Assembly (NCBI GenBank): GCA_964572695.1 | Contig: CAZNFS010000001.1 | Span: 1 to 55,174, forward strand | Origin: an uncultured Desulfobacteraceae bacterium | GTDB taxonomy: Bacteria > Desulfobacterota > Desulfobacteria > Desulfobacterales > CAZHA01 | Direction of reading: 5' to 3' | Length of the DNA: 55,174 bases | Shown here: positions 48,152-55,174 of the stretch, piece by piece | How positions within the stretch are numbered: position 1 is the first letter of the stretch | Layout: the number at the start of each line of letters is the position of its first letter | Position numbers and translations under genes: made by a program | The notes under the pieces: generated by a model | Database searches by the model: none | What the model was told of the DNA's origin: nothing | What the model saw: only the letters and a program-made list of their open reading frames with translations

Positions 48152-49285
48152 TTGCGGATTGCCGTAACGGGTTTTCGGGGTATTCCTGCTACCTGGGGAG
48201 GCGTTGAACACCAATGCGAACAGATATATACTCGCCTGGCCGCTAAAGGATATGAGATTGTCATATTCGCGCGAAGTCACTACGTTAAAAAGGATATCAG
48301 CTTTTATAAGGGGATCCGGATCCGACGGCTCCCCACCCTCCAGATCAAAGGTTTGGAAGCGTTTTTGCATACGTTTCTTTCCGTCCTTGTCATTTTAAAA
48401 GAAAACCCGGATATCGTCCATTTTTATGCCCAAGGGCCATCTTTATTCAGTTGGCTGCCGCGGCTTTTCAGACCTCAAATGCGGATTTTTTTTACCTGCA
48501 CAGGCCTTGACTGGCAAAGAAAAAAATGGTCGTCCTGGGAAGCCGCCGTAATCTATTTGGGTGAGGTCTTTTCAGTTCTATTCCCGCACTACCGCCTTGT
48601 GGTTTCACAAACATTGCAAGCCTACTATCAAAAACGGTATGGTGTTAAAACGCATTATATTCCCAACGGCGTTCAGATACCTGTTAAAAAAACACTTCAT
48701 GAAGCCCGGCCATTCGGTATTTTAAGACGGCGTTATTTTCTTTCCGTGGGCCGGATAGTACCCGAAAAACGCTTGGAAGATATTATCGGGGCTTTTATAA
48801 GCAAGCCGCGTCAATCGATGCTGGTTATTGTCGGGGGCGGTGCCGGTGCGCCGAATTATAAGAAAAAATTAAAGGAGTTGGCAAAAAATCATACCGCAAT
48901 CGTGTTTGTCGGATATCAGTTCGGTGAAATGCTTCAGGAGTTGTTTTCCAATGCCCGTGCTTTCGTGACCGCCTCAGAACTTGAGGGTTTACCGTTGACG
49001 TTGCTTGAAGCGCTATCCTATGGATTAATCGGTATTACAAGCGATATTGGCCCTCACAGAGAAATTCTGTGCAGATTAAATGAGTTCAGTTTTCCAACCG
49101 GAAGCCATGAAAAACTTTCCGACCAGATGTCCCGCGTTGATCAAATGTCGGAGCCGGAGTTGAGTGCTTTTGGCGTAAAGGCCACAGAGCTGGTCAAACA
49201 GATGTTTGGCTGGGAGGGTATTGTTGAACAAATCGAACAATTGTATCAAAAAAGCATGATCCCTAAGGCCGGGGATAATATTTAA
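48152..49285 (+). CDS. GT4-family glycosyltransferase with a DUF1972-type N-terminal half
   Basis: TTG start behind GAAGGTGAG. MRIAVTGFRGIPATWGGVEHQCEQIYTRLAAKGYEI at the N-terminus. C-terminal EGLPLTLLEALSYG (EX7E-type) motif. Confidence 0.8.
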   Translation: MRIAVTGFRGIPATWGGVEHQCEQIYTRLAAKGYEIVIFARSHYVKKDISFYKGIRIRRLPTLQIKGLEAFLHTFLSVLVILKENPDIVHFYAQGPSLFSWLPRLFRPQMRIFFTCTGLDWQRKKWSSWEAAVIYLGEVFSVLFPHYRLVVSQTLQAYYQKRYGVKTHYIPNGVQIPVKKTLHEARPFGILRRRYFLSVGRIVPEKRLEDIIGAFISKPRQSMLVIVGGGAGAPNYKKKLKELAKNHTAIVFVGYQFGEMLQELFSNARAFVTASELEGLPLTLLEALSYGLIGITSDIGPHREILCRLNEFSFPTGSHEKLSDQMSRVDQMSEPELSAFGVKATELVKQMFGWEGIVEQIEQLYQKSMIPKAGDNI

Positions 49286-49323
49286 AATCATTTTTCAGCT
49301 AACAGGGGTTTGTCAGCGATAAC

Positions 49324-50763
49324 ATGCCGGAATCAAATCAAAAATGGATTAATATCCAAAAACTGATAGATCTCTTTTTAACGTGTTTGGCCTTTATCGG
49401 GGCTTATTATATTAAACAGAATCTCTTTTTTCCCATCGGGGGTCTGGCACAAACCTCCAATTACAATGTTGTCCTGCTTCTGGTAATTATCATTTGGTAC
49501 GCAACGTTTTCATTCTTTAATCCGAATGTGATCTATGCCGATGGTTTCCAGTTTCTGAGAATTTATAATCTTTTCAAGGCCGTTACTGCCAGCATCCTCC
49601 TCCTATCCCTTTGTTTGTTTCTATTTAAAATAAAAGATATTAGCCGTCTTTTAATCGGTATTTTTTACCTGATGGATTTGGGTGTTCTCATATTAGCGCG
49701 GTGGGCCCTTTTTAAGATTTTCTTCGCCAGACACCAAAAAGATTATTTTCATCGTAATATATTAATTATTGGAAGCAAAAAGACCGCCAAGGAAATTATC
49801 CGCAATATCTATCGTAATGAAGGGTCGGCTATAAAAATCGTCGGATGCGTGGAGGTGGATGATAGGGAAGTTGGAAAAACGGTATTGGATCGGACTAAGG
49901 TAATTGGCACCCTTGATGATTTAGGCCATATTTTGACCAATGAAGTTGTTGATGAAATCCTTATTGCCATGCCTTTGGATAAGATCGAGAATTCGGAATT
50001 GTATCTCTCTTTTATCGATACCTTTGGAATAACCACCCGTATCATCCCGCACTGGTATATCCGCAAGTTTATGGCCAGCCGGCCCCAGTTTTATGCGATG
50101 GATTTCGAGGCTTTCCTGGCTGAGCCTGTTTTAGTATTGGGGACCGCACCCCAAAAACAGGAAGAATTGTTAATTAAAAAAATTTTCGATTATACAGTCG
50201 CCGTTATCGGTCTGATTTTAACCTTGCCCCTGCTCCCCATCTTTACATGTGCAATTAAACTATTTTCAAAGGGACCGGTCCTTTATAAACAGTACCGCAG
50301 TGGACTTTATGGCAGGAAATTCAATGTTTATAAGTTCAGAACCATGGTGCCAAACGCCGAAGCCTTGCTTCCAGATTTGCTTCCCTATAATGAAGCCAGC
50401 GGGGCAGTTTTCAAAATGAAAAATGATCCTCGCATTATTCCTGTTATCGGGCCTTTTTTGAGAAAGACAAGCCTGGATGAACTCCCTCAATTAATCAATA
50501 TCCTGAGGGGAGAGATGAGTGTGGTCGGGCCCCGCCCGCCCATTCCGAAGGAAGTTGAAAAATATGAGCTATGGCAGCGCAGACGTCTGGCGATGAAACC
50601 TGGAATTACGTGTACATGGCAGATTCAGCCGAACCGAAATGATATCGCATTTGACGATTGGATGGATCTGGATCTGGACTATATCGATAATTGGTCCATA
50701 GGGCTCGATTTCAAAATTTTAATGAAAACGATCCCGGTCGTTGGGGGGAGGCGCGGCAGATGA
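49324..50763 (+). CDS. Polyprenyl glycosylphosphotransferase (bacterial sugar transferase, WbaP/EpsB-type priming enzyme)
   Basis: Four or five N-terminal TM helices, a central Rossmann-like domain, and a C-terminal sugar-transferase domain (PVLYKQ.R.G..G..F.VYKFRTM, SLDELPQL.N.L.G.MS.VGPRP). Confidence 0.9.
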   Translation: MPESNQKWINIQKLIDLFLTCLAFIGAYYIKQNLFFPIGGLAQTSNYNVVLLLVIIIWYATFSFFNPNVIYADGFQFLRIYNLFKAVTASILLLSLCLFLFKIKDISRLLIGIFYLMDLGVLILARWALFKIFFARHQKDYFHRNILIIGSKKTAKEIIRNIYRNEGSAIKIVGCVEVDDREVGKTVLDRTKVIGTLDDLGHILTNEVVDEILIAMPLDKIENSELYLSFIDTFGITTRIIPHWYIRKFMASRPQFYAMDFEAFLAEPVLVLGTAPQKQEELLIKKIFDYTVAVIGLILTLPLLPIFTCAIKLFSKGPVLYKQYRSGLYGRKFNVYKFRTMVPNAEALLPDLLPYNEASGAVFKMKNDPRIIPVIGPFLRKTSLDELPQLINILRGEMSVVGPRPPIPKEVEKYELWQRRRLAMKPGITCTWQIQPNRNDIAFDDWMDLDLDYIDNWSIGLDFKILMKTIPVVGGRRGR

Positions 50764-50769
50764 AATCAA

Positions 50770-52326
50770 ATGAGTAAACACCGTGAGACTTACCGCGATA
50801 TTGGAAAAGCAAGTGGAATTATAGTTGCGCTAACTTTAGTCGATAAACTTTTTGCGGTATTTAAAGAAATAATCATTGCCGACCGGTTCGGGATCTCTTC
50901 TGAGCTGGATGCATTTAACATCGCTGTTTCGGTGCCGGCTCTTATCATACTTATCTTCACTTCCGCTTTTATTGGTGCCTTTGTGCCCCTCTATCTTGAA
51001 TGGAAAAACAAGTCTTCCCTTCAACAAGCCAACGCCGATGCCTTAGCATTGGCCTTATTGGTCACGATATTTTGTGGACTCTTAACCGCCATCTGTTTTT
51101 TAGCGACCCCCCGCTTCTACCCATTGATCGGATACGGATTCGAACCCGGGATTAAAACCCTGGGAATCCATATCGAAAAGCTGCTTGTCTTTTTAGTTTT
51201 AATAGAAGGTGCAGGGATTATCCTAGCCGGAATTCTCCAGGCTCAAAAACATTTTTTTAATCTTCAATTTGCCCCCATATTTATCAATATCACGATCATC
51301 TTTTTTCTTGTTTTTTTTCGGGAGAAATTGGGAATAATGACACTGGCCTGGGGTTTTCTATTGGGAACCCTCTGCAAGGTCGTTTATATGGCACTTATGT
51401 TAGGTCGTGGAGGAGGTAATTTTTTCGGGAGACTCAATTTTGATCGATCAAAGATGCTTGCATTTGTCTTTCTGGCTGTGCCGCTGCTGGGGAGTGAATT
51501 GATTTCAAACGCCAATCTTTTGATAGATCAAATAATGGCAACGACATTGGATCCCGGATCCGTTTCAACATTGCGATATGCCTTTCGCATCAATGATATG
51601 CCCATACAGGTTGTCATCATCGCTATCTCCATAGCCATCTTTCCTTTTATCAGCGAGCAGGCTCTCAAAGGTGATTATAAAGCAATGGGAGATGTTTTTA
51701 AGCAGAGCATCATCTTTTTGGGATTCCTGACTTTACCCATTATCTGTCTTGTTCTATTATTCTCACAGGAGGTGGTGGCGGTATTGCTTCAACGCGGGGC
51801 ATTCGATCATTATGCCACACACCAGACAGCGCAAACCCTTCTTTTTTATAGTTTGGGTCTGTTCTTTCTGGCCTATGCCTTTATAAATGGAGCCTTTTTT
51901 TCGGCCTTAAAAAAAACAAAAACGCTTTTTTACATGGGGTGCCTGACGGTTACGCTGAATATTACATTTAATGTGCTGTTTATGCGTATTTGGGGGGTAA
52001 AGGGGATTGCCTTATCGACAACATTTACATTGGGAATTGTCGCTTTTCTATTCATGTTCTTGTTAAATCAAAGAATACAAATTGATTTTATGAGAATTAT
52101 GGCCAATTTTACGAGATTGCTGTTGGCTGCCACGGGTATGTATAGCATGGGATTTTACCTCAAGAATTATCTGGTTGACGCTGGAATCGATAAATTATTT
52201 TATCTTCCTGCCGTTACCATAGTGATTTCAATGGGTTATCTTTCGATGTGCTGGATTTTAAGAACAGAGGAGCTTACTTTGTATTTGGATATTATTGGGA
52301 AACCATCAAAACGGAAAGATTATTAA
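50770..52326 (+). CDS. MurJ/MviN-family flippase (lipid II or polysaccharide-unit flippase)
   Basis: 518 aa, about 14 TM segments. The N-terminal region ADRFGISSELDAFNIAVSVPALI is typical of MurJ. Confidence 0.75.
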   Translation: MSKHRETYRDIGKASGIIVALTLVDKLFAVFKEIIIADRFGISSELDAFNIAVSVPALIILIFTSAFIGAFVPLYLEWKNKSSLQQANADALALALLVTIFCGLLTAICFLATPRFYPLIGYGFEPGIKTLGIHIEKLLVFLVLIEGAGIILAGILQAQKHFFNLQFAPIFINITIIFFLVFFREKLGIMTLAWGFLLGTLCKVVYMALMLGRGGGNFFGRLNFDRSKMLAFVFLAVPLLGSELISNANLLIDQIMATTLDPGSVSTLRYAFRINDMPIQVVIIAISIAIFPFISEQALKGDYKAMGDVFKQSIIFLGFLTLPIICLVLLFSQEVVAVLLQRGAFDHYATHQTAQTLLFYSLGLFFLAYAFINGAFFSALKKTKTLFYMGCLTVTLNITFNVLFMRIWGVKGIALSTTFTLGIVAFLFMFLLNQRIQIDFMRIMANFTRLLLAATGMYSMGFYLKNYLVDAGIDKLFYLPAVTIVISMGYLSMCWILRTEELTLYLDIIGKPSKRKDY

Positions 52327-52362
52327 GATTTTAGGATTTATTTATGCCCTCTTTTAAGGTCG

Positions 52363-53535
52363 ATGACAAAGAAGGAAAAATTTGACTTAGCCGCTTTTAA
52401 CGCTTGGATGAAAATGAGAAAAGCTTTACTTGGAGTCGGTTTTACAGTCGTCATTTTTACGATATTTCTAGGGCTTTGCGAAGTCGTGTTGAGGACAACC
52501 CATCTGTTTGGGGCGAGGATCTCCTGGTCGGAGCCGGATCCGTTATTGAGTTGGCGATATACGCCTGGAAGTTATTACTGGTATTATAAAGAAAACGATC
52601 ACCCCATAACGGGGAAAATAAATCGTTACGGATTTAGGGATAAAGAATGGTCCCTTCAAAAACCGCAAAATAGTTATCGGATTGCGGTCCTGGGAGATAG
52701 TTTTGTTGAAGCCTTTCAAGTGGAGCTGGATTATACTTTCGGCGCTTTGGCGCAAAAGTATCTAAATCAAAAAATTGGGAGTCGCCGCATTGAGGTAATG
52801 AATTTCGGACGTTCGGGCAGCACGCAAAGTGAAGAGTTTATCATACTCAAATACGATGTGACCCGATTTTCTCCCGATGCTGTATTGTTGGTCTTTTTTC
52901 CCGGAAACGACATTCGCGACATCAGTAAAGAAACAGCACCGAGCTTAAGACGGCCGTTTTATACGGTTTCCGATGAGGGCCGGCTGACGCTTGATGTTGG
53001 TTTTACCCAAATGTGGGGATACCGAATTCGGCGCCGGCTAAATTGGCTTAAACAGCACTCTGCATTGGTATCTTTGGTAACCGAAAGATATACCTATTTT
53101 CAAGCGCAAAAGCACCTGAATACAGAAAAGGAATCAAAGCGCATTAGCGGTTATTTAAGCCTTTGCACGAGTAATCCGGATCCCGCGTATATAAGAAGTT
53201 TTGCAATGAACAAAAGAATCATACAAGCAATGTCCCGATATTGCAGAAAGAAGGGAATTCATTTTATGTTGGTCAGCGCCCATAACTCGGCCTATATCAC
53301 AGAAAAAGACCGGCGCTTCCAGGCAATTGATGCGACCTTTGATTCAAATTTTTTTGAAGATGATTTGAACGTGTTCTCAAAAGAACTCAGAATACAACAC
53401 TTGGGTTTGCAAAGGATATTTAGACGATATTATGAGAAAAACGGTGTCTCTTTGAATTGGGGACATTGGAATTATAAAGGTCACGAAGTTGTGGCCCGGG
53501 CTATATCCGCGAAACTGCTCAAAGATCTATTTTAA
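52363..53535 (+). CDS. Membrane-anchored SGNH-like protein, AlgX/AlgJ-type (paralogue 2)
   Basis: TM anchor. NRYGFRDKE, YRIAVLGDSFVEAFQ, FPGNDIRD, C-terminal WGHWNYKGHEVVA. Confidence 0.65.
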   Translation: MTKKEKFDLAAFNAWMKMRKALLGVGFTVVIFTIFLGLCEVVLRTTHLFGARISWSEPDPLLSWRYTPGSYYWYYKENDHPITGKINRYGFRDKEWSLQKPQNSYRIAVLGDSFVEAFQVELDYTFGALAQKYLNQKIGSRRIEVMNFGRSGSTQSEEFIILKYDVTRFSPDAVLLVFFPGNDIRDISKETAPSLRRPFYTVSDEGRLTLDVGFTQMWGYRIRRRLNWLKQHSALVSLVTERYTYFQAQKHLNTEKESKRISGYLSLCTSNPDPAYIRSFAMNKRIIQAMSRYCRKKGIHFMLVSAHNSAYITEKDRRFQAIDATFDSNFFEDDLNVFSKELRIQHLGLQRIFRRYYEKNGVSLNWGHWNYKGHEVVARAISAKLLKDLF

Positions 53536-53559
53536 ACCAGAGTGGAAAAAGAAGCGCTT

Positions 53560-53727
53560 TTGCGTAATGCCGTAACAGGTTTGCGGGGGATTCCGGCGTA
53601 ATGGGGCGGCACCGAACAACAATGTGAGCAGGTATATTCACGCCTGGCCGCCATAAGGATATGAGATCATCATATTTGCACGAAGTCACTACGTTAAAAA
53701 AGGATATCAATTTTTAGAAGGAAGATC
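53560..53727 (+). pseudogene. Decayed duplicate of the 5' end of the glycosyltransferase gene at 48152
   Basis: It aligns by eye with 48152-48320. Shared blocks are gccgtaac, cgcctggccgc, aaggatatgagat and cgaagtcactacgttaaaaa. It translates LRNAVTGLRGIPA*WGGTEQQCEQVYSRLAA against LRIAVTGFRGIPATWGGVEHQCEQIYTRLAA. There is an in-frame TAA at 53599-53601, then indels. Confidence 0.8.
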
Positions 53728-53750
53728 TAACGGCAAAGTGGCGCATAACT

Positions 53751-54974
53751 TCAGTGTCCCTTTTCTTGACGGGTGACAAACCGCGCCAGGGATTGGGCCA
53801 CAAGCCGGTGCCCGTTTTTGTTCAGATGACCTTCCCGGGGAATAAATAAGCTCTTATCATTATTTTGAGCCATCACAGGGTATAAATCCAATAGAGGAAT
53901 GTTAAGTTCAGCGCTGATGTTGCGAATCATGCGGCTTGGTTTAGCGATATCTTTTAACCAGGCCGCAACGTGTCTGTTTTGCGGAAACGTTTTTTTCAAC
54001 AGAGGTCCATAGGTGTCGGGATATACCATCAAAGCCGAGGGGATATAACCGATATAAAGTTTTGCCTGTCGGTAATGGGCTTCTTTTAAAATGGCCTTGA
54101 TAATCCCCTGCATTAAAGGGATGCCTCGCTCCAGAATTTCTTGCCGGTACCATCCATCTATCAATCCTGGCATCCGAGGGAATTTGACATCCAAATTAAG
54201 CCTGTTGAGGAATTTTATCAACCCCGATTTTGTTTGAATAAAAGATTCCAGTTTTGTTTTTAACACATTGAGAAATTTCAATCTGGTTTCTTTTTGGAGG
54301 CTTTCCAAAAAGATCTTCTGGGGTAAGTGTCGCAATTCAATTTGACCCGCTTGAGTTAACTCAAATCCCGGTTGCGTGGGCCGCACAGTAAGATTGTTTG
54401 GGGACGCTTGATTCGTGAGCCGCATATTTCCCAGGATATCATTGCTAAATATCATCAACAAATAGATATCTCCGATAATTTTTTGACGCGCAAGTTGTTG
54501 CATAAATAAAAATTCCTGGGCTGTCCCATAACCTTCGACCCCGGTGTTAATGACCTCATAACGGTTGGGGAATTTCCGGTTTAGTTCTTTTTCCAACCGG
54601 GTAGAGAATAGATGTTCCTGGGGCACTAATTTACCGAAACAAAAGGAGTCTCCCAAGATGACAATCCGTTGGCGCTGATCCGAAGGGTGCTCTTTGAGCT
54701 CTCTGTTTCGAATTCCATGTTTGTTGATCGAGACCGTGTGTTTGCGAAAGGATTGCGGGGGCTTAACCCAATAAACGCCCGGCTTGTAGCTCCATCCAAG
54801 GAGAGGATCGAACTTTTTGTCCTCTATCTGCATCACGTTTGAGTAATAAAAGCGTGTAAAACCGAACTCGATCAGAAACAGGCAAAACCCCAAAACAAGC
54901 GTTAACAATAATAGGGTAAATAAAAAGTGCTTTGATCTTCCTATTTTATCCACATTAGAGGGTCTACGAGTCAT
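53751..54974 (-). CDS. Membrane-anchored SGNH-like protein, AlgX/AlgJ-type (paralogue 3)
   Basis: TM anchor. NKHGIRNRE, QRIVILGDSFCFGK, FSNDILGN, C-terminal EGHLNKNGHRLVA. Confidence 0.65.
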   Translation of the reverse strand: MTRRPSNVDKIGRSKHFLFTLLLLTLVLGFCLFLIEFGFTRFYYSNVMQIEDKKFDPLLGWSYKPGVYWVKPPQSFRKHTVSINKHGIRNRELKEHPSDQRQRIVILGDSFCFGKLVPQEHLFSTRLEKELNRKFPNRYEVINTGVEGYGTAQEFLFMQQLARQKIIGDIYLLMIFSNDILGNMRLTNQASPNNLTVRPTQPGFELTQAGQIELRHLPQKIFLESLQKETRLKFLNVLKTKLESFIQTKSGLIKFLNRLNLDVKFPRMPGLIDGWYRQEILERGIPLMQGIIKAILKEAHYRQAKLYIGYIPSALMVYPDTYGPLLKKTFPQNRHVAAWLKDIAKPSRMIRNISAELNIPLLDLYPVMAQNNDKSLFIPREGHLNKNGHRLVAQSLARFVTRQEKGH

Positions 54975-54992
54975 TCAGGACTCCATGCTTGT

Positions 54993-55172
54993 CTACCTGA
55001 TTGCCGGACCCAGAATCACATCCGGGTCCTCAAAAAGCATTGGTAGTATATCGGTTTCCAAATACCCTTTCCGGGCGTAACGGCGGCCCACGGCGTTATT
55101 ATTGTAATCCATATCCCGTTCCTGAGGCGTATTCCCTGTTAAGCCCGTTTCATGTGCATCGGTCACAATTTC
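54993..55172 (-). CDS. 3' end of an unidentified gene that continues beyond the window
   Basis: Hand-translated open frame to the window edge: ...EIVTDAHETGLTGNTPQERDMDYNNNAVGRRYARKGYLETDILPMLFEDPDVILGPAIR*. The stop at 54993-54995 lies 18 nt before the next gene's ATG. Confidence 0.4.
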   Translation of the reverse strand, partial: EIVTDAHETGLTGNTPQERDMDYNNNAVGRRYARKGYLETDILPMLFEDPDVILGPAIR

Positions 55173-55174
55173 GG

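Noticed and set aside
53519-53710. A 63-aa minus-strand ORF lies between SGNH-2 and SGNH-3.
   Set aside because: It is antisense to the decayed glycosyltransferase fragment, which explains the open frame. It has no RBS or recognisable features.
53522-53729. An 8-bp direct repeat aagatcta, 200 bp apart, flanks the GT remnant and was considered as a target-site duplication.
   Set aside because: The right copy aligns with the homologous gatc-containing part of the intact GT gene. The match is most simply explained by chance plus homology, and no mobile element lies between the copies.

Overview
This 55-kb window reads as a chromosomal segment from an anaerobic Desulfobacterota-type (deltaproteobacterial) genome. 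That assignment is an inference from gene content only. No rRNA, CRISPR array, transposase or integrase was recognised.

Gene content, left to right:
- A 5'-truncated HdrA-like flavoprotein fused to an MvhD domain, followed by a four-subunit 2-oxoacid:ferredoxin oxidoreductase in delta-alpha-beta-gamma order.
- A PlsC-family acyltransferase and hemW.
- A repeat-filled convergent intergenic region, then selB.
- tRNA-His and tRNA-Arg, surrounded by three tiny membrane or secreted-protein genes.
- An RND permease plus adaptor efflux pair.
- A 512-bp divergent control region with a -24/-12 (sigma54-type) promoter and tandem palindromes.
- A 700-aa tandem-PilZ protein and a GAF-PAS hybrid histidine kinase.
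- A SAM methyltransferase, an M20 amidohydrolase and a B12-binding-type radical SAM protein.
- A complete minus-strand dcw cluster: mraZ-rsmH-ftsL-ftsI-murE/F(fused)-mraY-murD-ftsW-murG-murC-murB-ftsQ-ftsA-ftsZ.
- galE and a UDP-glucuronate decarboxylase.
- A surface-polysaccharide locus that looks AT-richer by eye.

The polysaccharide locus (about 44.3-55.2 kb) is the most interesting part. It holds a NodU/CmcH carbamoyltransferase with the functionally unknown SxtJ and DUF5989 small membrane proteins. It also holds three divergent membrane-anchored AlgX/AlgJ-like SGNH paralogues with no MBOAT partner in view, a GT4 glycosyltransferase, a priming sugar transferase and a MurJ-like flippase. 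A decayed duplicate of the glycosyltransferase 5' end marks a rearrangement.

Other points worth a second look:
- The MurE-MurF fusion.
- MraZ-box-like repeats at the dcw promoter.
- A G9 tract that forms the ribosome-binding site of a lipoprotein gene.
- The tandem-PilZ protein with an unassigned C-terminal domain of about 335 aa.
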